64,000 bases of DNA, taken from the IMG/VR virus record IMGVR_UViG_3300035703_000053, positions 1 through 64,000 of that record. The stretch is one strand, 5' to 3'. A program made the translations under genes and the position numbers. The stretch is from a virus. Positions within the stretch are counted from its first letter, which is position 1. Each line of letters begins with the position of its first letter. Below, piece by piece: positions 28,563 through 38,333 of the stretch. The notes below the pieces were generated by a model. That model was given only the letters and a program-made list of their open reading frames with translations, made no database searches and was not told the origin of the DNA.

Positions 28563-30077
28563 TTAATTTGCTGGGTACTCACCTGCACTCGGATTGTAAA
28601 AAGCGCCGGTCTTATCCTGCATTCTAAAATTCTCTAATCTAATAAAAGAAGCTGGAACGTTCAATAGTTTTTGCATCATTGGAAGCATTACTGGTGATTG
28701 AAAATTCTTTGGTGGCACATCCATTAAGGCCATGCCTCTTACAGCTTGCATGTCATTTATGTGTTTATTTGTCACTGACATTTCATACACTAACCTTTGT
28801 TCCCATTCCGTAATACTTTCTTCTGTTGCAAAGGGTAGATCAGATGGCTCTGGCGGTAGAATACCTTCTTCAAAGCGAAGAGCGTAAATATGTTTGCAAT
28901 AACGCATTTCATCTAATAACGGTGACCAGTAATCCGTATACGACGTTATTTGATTATTTTTTGCCGTGTAGTCCACAAATGTGGTAGGACCTTCCGCTCT
29001 GCGTGCTGCACTAAAGTTGCGAAGATAACGTCCACCAAAGTCATTGTATACACCAGGGTTATCAATAGATTGCGTTGCAAGTGCTAAGTCTCTGTTTTGA
29101 TTGGCATCCGTCATGGCGCTGTTGTTAACAGAACCAGTATTAGGGTCCGTTAATACTTCAGACCGTCCGTATTTTAAAAGTGCTGGTCTTGTAAAAGGAA
29201 AGCGTTTTTTCTCACTGCCTTCTAGATTCATCATAAAACTATAACTACGACGGCTAAAATCCTGGCATGTGCATGCATAACGTGTGCCTACTGTAAAAAA
29301 CCTCCCAACCGAAAAAGTTTTAGTAGCGGGAGTTAAATAAAGATTGTCCGGACTAGCTTCAAACGAACTGCTTTTTTGAAGTTTTAGAATCCCATTAGGA
29401 CCATCAACATCAATTAAAATTGCCTGAACGTATCCATATCTTTTTGATGTGGAGGGGTCTAGCGTGTCTTTGGTGATAGGTGACCCACCAACAGCAAGAA
29501 TTCGATCTTCTAAGATTTCACCCAGCAACGGCTTAATAGGGTCGCCGGATGGGTTTGGAACGTACAAAGGAGGGGGTAGTGGATTTGTTGTACTCCAGCT
29601 ACCAGCTAATTGTACATACCAAAATTCATCATCTTCTGTAATTGATGCAATTGTTGCAGGGGTACCTATTGAATCCCTGACGTTATCAAAACGCAAAATA
29701 GATCCAATACGACAACCTACCCAGTGAACTCCAAATTCTTTTCCTGCTGTAAAAAATCCTTGTACAACACCAAGAATTAAAGGTTGTCGGCCTTCAGCAG
29801 GCGGGGTCCCGTCTGGGCTGGGTATCTGATATTCAAACGGATATGTCAATGCATGCTGAATACCAACAGCAGTTGAAATCTCGTACCCACGGCGCCATCT
29901 GCTCCAGGCTGATTCCCGGTCCATGCGTACAATAGAGTTTGGAACGGAGCCCTTTGAAAACTCTGTTGTAATAGGCTTTATTTTATCAATGTCAGGTATG
30001 TCTTGCGCACCAAAGGTGCCAAAAGCTGTTCCTTTGTTTTTAAACGCACCAAAGGAATTACCCCCTTTGATTGCCAT
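28563..30077 (-). CDS. Protein with split SWIM-like Zn finger
   Basis: YACTCQDF ... RYCKHIYAL. Confidence 0.6.
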   Translation of the reverse strand: MAIKGGNSFGAFKNKGTAFGTFGAQDIPDIDKIKPITTEFSKGSVPNSIVRMDRESAWSRWRRGYEISTAVGIQHALTYPFEYQIPSPDGTPPAEGRQPLILGVVQGFFTAGKEFGVHWVGCRIGSILRFDNVRDSIGTPATIASITEDDEFWYVQLAGSWSTTNPLPPPLYVPNPSGDPIKPLLGEILEDRILAVGGSPITKDTLDPSTSKRYGYVQAILIDVDGPNGILKLQKSSSFEASPDNLYLTPATKTFSVGRFFTVGTRYACTCQDFSRRSYSFMMNLEGSEKKRFPFTRPALLKYGRSEVLTDPNTGSVNNSAMTDANQNRDLALATQSIDNPGVYNDFGGRYLRNFSAARRAEGPTTFVDYTAKNNQITSYTDYWSPLLDEMRYCKHIYALRFEEGILPPEPSDLPFATEESITEWEQRLVYEMSVTNKHINDMQAVRGMALMDVPPKNFQSPVMLPMMQKLLNVPASFIRLENFRMQDKTGAFYNPSAGEYPAN

Positions 30078-30080
30078 TAT

Positions 30081-30866
30081 TTAGAAGAAACCACCTTGTG
30101 CAATTACGTGAGCACCAGGAATGTAACCAGAACTGTTAGGACCGTCTGGAAATACGCCCACATAGACACGATCACCCCGCTCTAGATAAATACCCTTGTT
30201 GCGGAGGGGAGATGTTTCACCTAAGCCATTGGTATTACCTGCATGCATGACGGGCGCAGCAAGTTGCGGCATCACGTCTGAGCAATCAACTGTTTGTGTG
30301 TTGGCCGGTACCGTCTTGGCAAACAGTAGGCGATAATCCCCAGAAGCAGGAATGGGTGTGGTCGTGCCGCGAGTGTGATAAAACACAAACGTTACTGCAG
30401 GTTGATTACCGTAAGCAACGCCGTTATACAGAAAACCAGAAGCAATACCACCGGAATAGTTAAGTGCTGTATTTACACCGGTGAGAGTACCCGAGCCTGT
30501 ATAGGTGTAATAACCATAGCCACTGAACGGAGCGCCACCGCCAGTCAACACGCCGGTTTGTTGAACAAACACTACTTGTCCGCTGACTAATGAGATGGGA
30601 GTACCTGAAGTACCTGAGGCCACTGTGTAGTCTGTCGCACGATAAAAATCATTGCGTGTGATAGTGATTGAATCAACTACACCACCAGAATTATTGTCTT
30701 CGCTTAAGTTTGCATCCATGTCCACCAGTATGGACGGCGCCTGCCCACCTTGCACAAACAAGGTATTAGTAGCGGCGGCACCTACGGTTTGAGTGGTAAC
30801 ACGAACCGTATCAAGTAATGGCCGATCAGAAAATACGGGGGACTTGTTGGTTCCAGTAGAGCTCAA
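30081..30866 (-). CDS. Virion structural protein
   Basis: SSTGTNKSPVFSDRPL...AQGGFF; G/T-rich beta protein. Confidence 0.65.
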   Translation of the reverse strand: MSSTGTNKSPVFSDRPLLDTVRVTTQTVGAAATNTLFVQGGQAPSILVDMDANLSEDNNSGGVVDSITITRNDFYRATDYTVASGTSGTPISLVSGQVVFVQQTGVLTGGGAPFSGYGYYTYTGSGTLTGVNTALNYSGGIASGFLYNGVAYGNQPAVTFVFYHTRGTTTPIPASGDYRLLFAKTVPANTQTVDCSDVMPQLAAPVMHAGNTNGLGETSPLRNKGIYLERGDRVYVGVFPDGPNSSGYIPGAHVIAQGGFF

Positions 30867-30899
30867 AATTCTTACCCAATCTTTTTGTCAATTATAGCG

Positions 30900-31220
30900 T
30901 CAGGAATCAAGCCCAGGAGCTACTGCCAAAGCCTGAGTAAATCCTGCGGGCAACCTTAACTTGCCCTCAATAAGACTTTGCGGGTTTCTTTGGATGTTTA
31001 AAAACCGTTCAAACAAAGTAGATGGATCAGCACTTTTGGATTCAAAAGCGCTTTTCTTGTCAAAGATAGCCCCTATCAACGTTGGACTTTTTCTTCCAAG
31101 TAAACCGGATGCGGCTCCTGTTGAAACAAAAGGATTGGATCTTGATCCAGTGCTGTATTCCAGCCACTCACTTGGAAGTGAGGATTCAAGGTAAGACCGT
31201 CGTTGAGAGGGGCGTATCAT
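30900..31220 (-). CDS. Hypothetical protein
   Basis: TAATG-coupled ORF. Confidence 0.5.
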   Translation of the reverse strand: MIRPSQRRSYLESSLPSEWLEYSTGSRSNPFVSTGAASGLLGRKSPTLIGAIFDKKSAFESKSADPSTLFERFLNIQRNPQSLIEGKLRLPAGFTQALAVAPGLDS

Positions 31221-31936
31221 TAAGAGAACAGCTCCATGTAATCAGACAAGTACTGCTGGGGCATAGGCAGCGCTGTACTGATCGCACCAAGATTTAAATC
31301 TTGTGGATCAAAAGCACTCCGCTGTCGCAATACAGCCGGAACCATGTTTTTCAGAATGTCCTGAAGGAAATTGCCACCTAGAATATTGCCCTTTTGGCGT
31401 GAGCTTGCAGGAGCTTGTGCCGCATTTGAATTAGGGGAACCAGCTTGATTTAGAAGCTGTAACCCTTTTTGATATTTTTGTGGGTCCAGGGGATCAAAGT
31501 AGAAGTTACTTTGACCAGGGACTGGCATATAGTCGCCTGGCTTGCGTGCGCCATAAGCGCTGGTGCCCCTAAAGGACTGTGCACCCCTAGACTTGCGAAA
31601 CTGCTCACCAACAAATTGAGGATTGTTGACAATGTTGCGCAGTCGATTGAATTCACTTTCACCGCCTAAGACCTTTGCGCCAAATGCCGGATCGGCAAGT
31701 TGTTGCATGTTATAGCCTTTAACGGCTTCATACTGACCTGGTGCTGTGGCAATGTTTCTTACATCAATTCCGCCCCAGTTTCCTTTCAGACGCCTGGAAA
31801 GAACGTTTGCGGCAACGGCGGCAACATCAGGAGAGTTCTGCCCGCCGCGAAAACCTTCAAGGCCAGATAGGACGGTCAGAGCATTAAGCTCTTCTGGTTT
31901 AAGGTTAAAAAGCTCTTGAACAGTTCTTGGTGCCAT
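31220..31936 (-). CDS. SleB-like cell-wall hydrolase domain protein
   Basis: L..L...E..G....AAVA..VL.RR....W...V..I..APGQYE pattern of the Hydrolase_2/SleB family. Confidence 0.6.
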   Translation of the reverse strand: MAPRTVQELFNLKPEELNALTVLSGLEGFRGGQNSPDVAAVAANVLSRRLKGNWGGIDVRNIATAPGQYEAVKGYNMQQLADPAFGAKVLGGESEFNRLRNIVNNPQFVGEQFRKSRGAQSFRGTSAYGARKPGDYMPVPGQSNFYFDPLDPQKYQKGLQLLNQAGSPNSNAAQAPASSRQKGNILGGNFLQDILKNMVPAVLRQRSAFDPQDLNLGAISTALPMPQQYLSDYMELFS

Positions 31937-31938
31937 GG

Positions 31939-32850
31939 CTACATTTGTTTCAGTCGCAACATCTCGCGGTAAGCAAGTCCTGGGTTGGCTTTCACCCACT
32001 GCTGGAAGTTCTCGGGCGCCATGCCCGTCCCTGCACCCAGAGCTTGGAGCTCGCTCGCTAGGTTTCCTTTCTGCATCATACTCCTACCCAATTGCTGCTG
32101 GCCCTCATAGAAGGAAGAAAGAGGGACATTTGTAGGAGCAGAGTACTGCTGAGCAGCATTAAGTACTTCCTGAGAGAGTGTGCGGTTAAGAACATTTTCA
32201 CGTTGTGCGGGAACACCGGCCCCGTTAGACAAAACTCCAGTTCCAATTGGTGAAGGAGGTGGAGGTGTCTGTTGTCCGGCTTGCGGCCCGCTAAAAAGAC
32301 TTGAATTCAAGTCAGGGGCCGAAGGGGCTGGTCCAGGGGGAGCAGCACCCTCAAGATTGTATTGATAACGGTACTGCGTTGGTCCGTACCTGCCCCATTG
32401 CCCTGACCTGCCTGCAGCTTCTGAAACTTTTTGAGCACGACCTGCAGATGCTCGTTGTGGAGTATCTCCTTCAATCTGTCCCACTAAAAACATTGCTCCA
32501 GCCAAGCCTGTTGGTACTCCAGCAAGGCCGGCAACATTAGAAACAACTGGGTTGCGTAATCCAGGTACAGAAGAAAATACACTGGAAGGCTTGAATAAAG
32601 GTGCAGCTGCTGCTGGAACTCCACTGAGATTTCTTAAAACACCACGAGAGGTGTCAAGTATTGCACCAGGGATATTTCCTGCTTGACGAGTTAAATACTG
32701 CGCTTTTCCCTGCAGTAAACGCATAGGATCATCAAAAGGAACCGGTGGGGAGTTGGGGCCAGGGCGTAAACGACCTCCCAGAAAAACACGGGGAATGGGT
32801 GCTGCCGCTCCTTTTGATTGATTGAGTAGTTTTAAAAATGCTTTTAGCAT
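31939..32850 (-). CDS. P/G/A-rich virion-associated protein
   Basis: ~303-aa ORF in the structural operon. Confidence 0.55.
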   Translation of the reverse strand: MLKAFLKLLNQSKGAAAPIPRVFLGGRLRPGPNSPPVPFDDPMRLLQGKAQYLTRQAGNIPGAILDTSRGVLRNLSGVPAAAAPLFKPSSVFSSVPGLRNPVVSNVAGLAGVPTGLAGAMFLVGQIEGDTPQRASAGRAQKVSEAAGRSGQWGRYGPTQYRYQYNLEGAAPPGPAPSAPDLNSSLFSGPQAGQQTPPPPSPIGTGVLSNGAGVPAQRENVLNRTLSQEVLNAAQQYSAPTNVPLSSFYEGQQQLGRSMMQKGNLASELQALGAGTGMAPENFQQWVKANPGLAYREMLRLKQM

Positions 32851-33311
32851 TATCGCCACACCTCACGTAAGTACAGCCGAGAGCCGATTGCTGTATCTGC
32901 TGGACCCGGCAGTGCCTGAATAAATTCAGCACCAGAACGTTCGTAACGATAACGTGCCTGGAAAGGATCTTTGTAATTAGGTACGTAAAGAATACCAGCT
33001 AAACGATTTGTTTCGTATAGATAAATTTCGTCCCAAACTTTAAGGGCCTCTTTAGCATTGCTGGAGCGAATTGTACGATCAACGTCACCAGCAATACTTT
33101 CAAGACGCGTGGAGGGCGATGTAGCAACTTCCGTTTTCTTTTCGGCTGTGTCGCAACGACCAAGTTGAATTGAAATCTTATCGTAAAAATAAGAATCCGG
33201 CACTGTATTCATAGCCTCTTCCAGCCTGGCGTAATCACCAGCTGGTACAGAGACAACAAAGTAACCCAGGTGATACCTTACTCTGCTTTTATCGTAATCG
33301 CTGAGCTGCAT
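32850..33311 (-). CDS. Putative head-tail adaptor/completion protein
   Basis: QLSDYDKSRVRYHLGY; helical, located downstream of the capsid genes. Confidence 0.55.
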   Translation of the reverse strand: MQLSDYDKSRVRYHLGYFVVSVPAGDYARLEEAMNTVPDSYFYDKISIQLGRCDTAEKKTEVATSPSTRLESIAGDVDRTIRSSNAKEALKVWDEIYLYETNRLAGILYVPNYKDPFQARYRYERSGAEFIQALPGPADTAIGSRLYLREVWR

Positions 33312-33348
33312 CAATACCTCCGCGTTTTTTCATTATAAAGCCGTGTAA

Positions 33349-34089
33349 TCACATAAACTCATCTAACATTTCAGGCCTCAAAATATATTGGGAATACGGG
33401 TCACTTGTCCCAGCAAGAATAGAAGTTGGAATAAAACTATTCTTCTTGGCTAAAGCTTGTTGCAACAGGCTACCAACTAACGACTGAGCAAGGGTCTCTT
33501 TATTATCTTCTTTTGTGTTTGTTCCGAATAAGGATTGAAGCATAGTTAATGTGCGTGCATCATTTACACTTTGCTGTGGGTCACCAGGTAACACAGGGGC
33601 TGCGGGAACAGTGGTATCTCCTACCCTTGCTGTACCAGGGGCATTCTTTAGGTGAAAGACATCAACTTGGTAGCGGTTATCACCTGTGCGCAGCCTAGCT
33701 ACATTACCCGCATTCCCGTAGTTTGAGAGACCCTCAACCGAGCCTGAGCCAAGAAAACGTAAATCAGTTCCTTCGGGAAGACTGTAATCTTCTCCTGCAT
33801 GATAAGCCTGCCTTCCAGTAACAGGATGGGTGCGGTCTCCAACGGGACTCGTCAAAGGAGCATTTGGATTGGCCGCAAACTGGCCAGGTCCGGTCTGTCT
33901 GTATAGCTGCTGCCATTCTTGAGAACCTGGCAAACGAAATTGAATACGCTGACCAACATCAGTGCGTGCTTGTGATAATGGAATTAACTTATTTGTTTTT
34001 ATATCTCTAATTTCAAAATGCGCATGAGGACCAGTAACGCGACCGGTTCTGCCTACTTGATTTAAATATATTGCGGGACCAATTGACAT
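33349..34089 (-). CDS. M23 (LytM-like) peptidase, circularly permuted
   Basis: VGRTGRVTGPHAHFEI (H22-x-H24) precedes HAGED (H97..D101) and VFHL (H146). Confidence 0.8.
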   Translation of the reverse strand: MSIGPAIYLNQVGRTGRVTGPHAHFEIRDIKTNKLIPLSQARTDVGQRIQFRLPGSQEWQQLYRQTGPGQFAANPNAPLTSPVGDRTHPVTGRQAYHAGEDYSLPEGTDLRFLGSGSVEGLSNYGNAGNVARLRTGDNRYQVDVFHLKNAPGTARVGDTTVPAAPVLPGDPQQSVNDARTLTMLQSLFGTNTKEDNKETLAQSLVGSLLQQALAKKNSFIPTSILAGTSDPYSQYILRPEMLDEFM

Positions 34090-34115
34090 CTGACTTTTCT
34101 TTTTATTTTAAAACT

Positions 34116-34139
34116 AAAAAACCCCTGAGATCCAGGGGC
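34116..34139 (-). terminator. Intrinsic terminator after the capsid operon
   Basis: Minus strand CCCCTG-GATCT-CAGGGG followed by TTTTTT. Confidence 0.75.
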
Positions 34140-34152
34140 GTTAGGAGATGGT

Positions 34153-34563
34153 TTAGACGCGGATTAGATCAGCGGCAAACACTGCATCCCAGTCAATTTT
34201 TTTGATTTGCTTGAGCTGCTCAAGATTATTAAACCTTTCACCCGATAAGGACATTTGAAGGTCTTTAATATCTCGGGCTGTTTTCAAACCAATCCCCTTG
34301 ATATGGTCTGCGATCATTTGGGCCGTGGCCGTATTGACGTTTAGGCGGTTATCAGGGGGAAACGAACGGGGCGTCTCTTTTGCTGCTTTGTCTTTTACTT
34401 GAAGAGTTTTAACTTTTTTAGTTGCCTCTTCATCGGGCTCAAGCTCACTTTTGTAAGCAGTGAAAATGCGATTGTCCTGGTCTTCAACCATGAACCATTC
34501 GCCGTTGTCAAACTCACTTACAATCCTGACACGAGCACCGTTCTTCTTGTGTTTGTAAAGCAT
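34153..34563 (-). CDS. Helix-hairpin-helix (ComEA/PsbU-like) protein
   Basis: LNVNTATAQMIADHIKGIGLKTARDI......F..LEQL.QI. Confidence 0.75.
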   Translation of the reverse strand: MLYKHKKNGARVRIVSEFDNGEWFMVEDQDNRIFTAYKSELEPDEEATKKVKTLQVKDKAAKETPRSFPPDNRLNVNTATAQMIADHIKGIGLKTARDIKDLQMSLSGERFNNLEQLKQIKKIDWDAVFAADLIRV

Positions 34564-34603
34564 AAGGACCAGGGATTAAATCTCTGGTCCTAGTTTACCC
34601 TAA

Positions 34604-35407
34604 TCAGCTAACAGTGCGACCAGTCAGGTAGCCGTCAATGTCTTCGTAACCAGGAGCTTCATCGGGCTGGATGTAGCATACTTCCACAACCAGGTAACCA
34701 GTACGGCCAGCAGAGGCATCGCCACTGGAGATGTAGAAACCACCAGAAGTCGTGGTGCTGTTAGCAGTTTCCTTCGCAAACACCTTCAGGGTGGTAGCAG
34801 CGGTGGCAGCGTAGTTAACCACGGCACCAGACACACCTGCAGCACCGGTAGCAGTCAGGAAGGGGTTAGCGCTATAGCCTGCGGTGCCAGCGGCGAAGAA
34901 GATTTCGCCTGCCTGGGTACCAGAGGTGGTAGAAGTAATGTTGGCCTGAATCACGGCCTCACCCACGCCAGAAGCGGCGGTGGGGTTGTTGGAGCTAACA
35001 CGACCGAACGAAATAACATTACCGGTAGCGGCATACACACCAGAGGCCACGCGACCATCGCCCCAGCCAGAGGCCACGGAAATAGTGGAGCGGTACACGT
35101 AAGCAGGCAGGGTGGAGCTACCAGAAATCACCATGCCGGTGATATCGGGGCGAGTGTCGTCCTGGCGATAAGGCGAAGGAACGATCACATTGGCAGAAGA
35201 AACTGCACCAACGCCAGAGGTGGCGGTTACAGGGACGTAACCACGCTGCTGGAAATAACGATAACCAGGGATGGCCAACACCGAAGTGGGGCCTCCCTTA
35301 GAACCGTCATCAGTACCGTCTTGGGTGTTATCGATGTTCTTATACCAGCCGTTCAGGGGCTCAGCCCAGTTGCCGGGATAAATTTTCTTGGCGGACAAAT
35401 AAGTCAT
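34604..35407 (-). CDS. Capsid decoration / minor structural protein
   Basis: A/T/S/G-rich, highly biased codon usage, directly after the MCP gene. Confidence 0.65.
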   Translation of the reverse strand: MTYLSAKKIYPGNWAEPLNGWYKNIDNTQDGTDDGSKGGPTSVLAIPGYRYFQQRGYVPVTATSGVGAVSSANVIVPSPYRQDDTRPDITGMVISGSSTLPAYVYRSTISVASGWGDGRVASGVYAATGNVISFGRVSSNNPTAASGVGEAVIQANITSTTSGTQAGEIFFAAGTAGYSANPFLTATGAAGVSGAVVNYAATAATTLKVFAKETANSTTTSGGFYISSGDASAGRTGYLVVEVCYIQPDEAPGYEDIDGYLTGRTVS

Positions 35408-35442
35408 TTATTTTTTCCTGTGTTTTAGTTATTGTTTAATGA

Positions 35443-36341
35443 TCAAACAGCACCGTCGTCTTGGATAAAGCTGAACGCGGTGGTCACGAAGTCCTTGTTC
35501 AGGATTTCAAAACCAGCGTACAGTTGCCAAATCAGGATGATAAAGCGGCTGAAGTCATCGTTGTTGTTGATAAGCACCTGAGCGTTCGGGCCACCAATAC
35601 CCACGCCAATGGCCTGAGGACCAAAGAAGTAACCCTGGGCGACTTCCTTGGAAGCATAGCTGGAGCCACCATCAAAAGAGGCACTCACACTCTTGATCGG
35701 GAAGTTGGTTGACTCGAAGAACTTGACGCCTTCAAACTGAACGCCAGTCGGCATCACAGGCTCACCAGCCACAAAATAGGCTTGGCCAGCCTGGGGACCC
35801 ATGTAGAAGCTGGAGTTGTTAGGCATCATGGGGTTACCCATGTACATGCCTTGACCAGGGTTGCCAGCGTAACGGGCAATCTCACGGAAGTCCTGATCAC
35901 GACGCAGATGCATCATGAAGGTAGGATCGCAGATGCAGCGATACAGACCATCAGCGTAGGTCGGAACGTTACGCTTACGGAGATCCTTAACAATGGTCAG
36001 CAGGTCGGTACGCACCTGGAACTGCTGAACCTCATTTCCGTACTCAGTGGAAGTGTAAGAAACACGACCGGAAGAATCCTTAGTCTTTCCACCAGCGAAG
36101 TAGTAGCCGCCTTGGGTAGTCGAGGCAGCACCGTTAGCTTCAGCTTTGGACAGTTCGTCAATGAAGACGCGGTCGCGCCAACGACGATAGTCGTCCAGCA
36201 GCGTCAGACTACCGATCGACTGGTGGAACATATTAAGGTTGCCGGTATCCAGCAGCAAACGCTGGGCGGTGACCAGGGTCTCACGAGCAATCTTGAAGGT
36301 CGAGGGCTGGGTCGGATCGCCCGGATCAGCAGGGCCGGTGT
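35443..36341 (-). CDS. Major capsid protein, exon 2
   Basis: 899 nt beginning AC-ACC-GGC-CCT; joined to exon 1 it gives ...VLKE-Y-TGPADP... and a 387-aa HK97-type MCP (LRKRNVP, DPTFMMHLRRD, GVQFEGVKFFESTN, DDFSRFIILIWQ). Confidence 0.9.
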
Positions 36342-37334
36342 CAGTTTTGTTACCCCAAGGGCTCTTTATCCCTTGGTTCTACAGCTTTACCATTGCTGCA
36401 GCTCAGACTATATCATCACCCTTCAATTAACTATTGAGTTGGGTGCGGGGCACTCGTGTCGCCTTATCGTCCATTTCAGGTATCTGAAGTTTGGACTCGC
36501 TTAACCATTCAGAAACAGTTCCTGTTCGGTTAAGGTCGGCTTTGTATCCTAAGCAAGGAAGAATGTAAGGTTGTATTTTCTCAATTAAGTTTTTGCACTG
36601 TTGAGAATGCCACCTTAGATAATAACTTCCCGACACATGACGAACTTTTGTATATTTTGAGCCTGTTAAAGACTGAATCCAATCACCAACATTGTTGGTT
36701 TTTTCTTCATCTTCACAGACCGCAAGCCATGCTGACTTTTCAATTCTTATAGCCCCCGTTGGCCTGGTACGTTTTCGAACCTCAAGAGATCCGTCGTCCA
36801 TCCAAAATAGAGCAAGTTCTTGAAGTCCAAGACCATCGAGAACTTTGGGTGAAATGATCTTCTTGCCTATCGGATAAAGAAGTTCATACACTGGGGTCAG
36901 TATTTTCTTGTTTGTAACACCAAAACGAGCTGCCGGATATTTGCCTTTGTCAACAAAGCATTTAATACTTGCTTTGGTTCCAAGAATTGCATTTAGCTTT
37001 TCCAGTTGCCAAACAGCATAGGCAAGGTGTTGCTGCTTCCTTTGAATATGTAGCGTTACGGATCCAGATCTTTTACATCTAGACAAACACCCATCACCAA
37101 GGGAGCATCCAATCAAGAATCTTTGGCTTTCAAGGTTCGTCATGGGGCCGACAACGTTAGTCGTTGAACCTTCCATTTATTACTAAATGGCTTGGCTGCT
37201 GATTACCCTACCAGTATAGCTCTTTAGAGTACTGGCTGGGGGGCTTCCAGCAATTCACCCCGTTTTCGACGCAGATTACGCTGCGAAGGAGCTTACCGGA
37301 GTACCAGCAAAAGCACTGGTAATGACGGATGTCA
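36342..37334 (-). mobile_element. Group I self-splicing intron (993 nt) in the major capsid gene
   Basis: Exon 1 ends in U and the intron ends in G; P AAUUGCUGGAAG (37244-37255), Q AAUCAGCAG (37196-37204), R GUUCAACGACUA (37158-37169), S GAUAUAGUC (36406-36414); P3 CGGGGUG/UGCCCCG; P8 CACCC/GGGUG; IGS CCGGUAAGCUCCUU (37286-37299) pairs with both exons. Confidence 0.93.
36427..37143 (-). CDS. Intron-encoded LAGLIDADG homing endonuclease
   Basis: Two motifs FLIGCSLGDG and LALFWMDDG; ORF lies between intron elements R and P3'. Confidence 0.88.
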   Translation of the reverse strand: MTNLESQRFLIGCSLGDGCLSRCKRSGSVTLHIQRKQQHLAYAVWQLEKLNAILGTKASIKCFVDKGKYPAARFGVTNKKILTPVYELLYPIGKKIISPKVLDGLGLQELALFWMDDGSLEVRKRTRPTGAIRIEKSAWLAVCEDEEKTNNVGDWIQSLTGSKYTKVRHVSGSYYLRWHSQQCKNLIEKIQPYILPCLGYKADLNRTGTVSEWLSESKLQIPEMDDKATRVPRTQLNS

Positions 37335-37599
37335 ACTCTTTAAGCACAACAAGCACCTTTTCTTTGGTGATGTTGCGGCTGTTGGCGGTACCAATCGTTT
37401 GGTCAGCCACACGCTCGCGGCTGTCCTTCGTACCAGGGGTACCCCAGAACTTATAGCGGTCCAGCTGAACGGTTTGACCAGGCTGGCGGGTAAAGTCGTG
37501 GACCACCACGGGCTCTACCGCCATCTCGGCAATGTAAGCAGGGTGGGGACGGTAAAGTTCCGCACCAAGAATCTTTGGAAAGTCGGTATCAAGAAACAC
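37335..37599 (-). CDS. Major capsid protein, exon 1
   Basis: GTG start with GGAGG RBS; MFLDTDFPKILGAELYRPHPAY...KEKVLVVLKE; 265 nt (88 codons + 1 nt). Confidence 0.9.
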
Positions 37600-37699
37600 T
37601 TTGGTTTATCCTCCAGTGTTTGAACAATTATCGGGTGAAAGATTCGACATGTCAAATGTCTTATCTAACACAAATTTTAGCAGTTGGTAATTTATTTAA

Positions 37700-38329
37700 T
37701 TACATATACTGCATGGTGGGCGGCTTAACACGCGCACCAGGGGAATTACTAGAGCCGTAAGATTCGGGATCTGTGATTTGTTGCTGTTGGAAACCAGGGA
37801 CACCCATAGCTCCGGGGATGGCGCCAGCAGCAACACCACCTAGTCCGGCTAGACCAGCAGCAGCCGGAACTGCAAGTCCTGCAAGGCCGTATTTAAGACC
37901 TTGTCCAACCGCTTTTGCACCGGGAGCTTCTAGACCTTGAATAGCTCCTGCAAGACCACCTAACGCAGCTGCACGTTTGCTTTCACCAGCCATTTGTGCA
38001 CGAAGCTTATTAATGGCTTGTGCTTTAGCCGTTACCTCTGGAGTAGGCACCACGCCTGTATGCTCCATTTGTAGTGGCGGGTATATATTTTGCGATGCCG
38101 AGGTTAACGCATTTACCACAGACTTTTGGCCTGTTTGTAATGCAGATGCTACAGGCTCCGCATACTTGCCAGCTAACTGGCGAGCCCCAACCAAACCTGC
38201 TGCTGCACCAGCGCCACCGGCAAGACCAGCAAGAAGTGCAGTACCTGGATCTTCGCCTTGGGAAGCAGCGTACCCTGCAGTAGCTAAACCACCAACAATG
38301 GGTACGCCGTATTTAAGAAGAGGGCGCAT
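37700..38329 (-). CDS. Gly/Ala-rich hydrophobic protein
   Basis: 209-aa ORF between the scaffold and MCP genes. Confidence 0.6.
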   Translation of the reverse strand: MRPLLKYGVPIVGGLATAGYAASQGEDPGTALLAGLAGGAGAAAGLVGARQLAGKYAEPVASALQTGQKSVVNALTSASQNIYPPLQMEHTGVVPTPEVTAKAQAINKLRAQMAGESKRAAALGGLAGAIQGLEAPGAKAVGQGLKYGLAGLAVPAAAGLAGLGGVAAGAIPGAMGVPGFQQQQITDPESYGSSNSPGARVKPPTMQYM

Positions 38330-38333
38330 GACC

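Noticed and set aside
36427-37176. Intein or free-standing endonuclease splitting two separate capsid genes
   Set aside because: The ORF is not fused in frame to the capsid exons, has its own stop and lacks intein splice residues, while a complete group I RNA core surrounds it.
37144-37176. Endonuclease start at 37176 as given in the ORF track
   Set aside because: That ATG lies in the ribozyme core (P6/R). ATG 37143 in the loop, just before the first LAGLIDADG motif, is more plausible.
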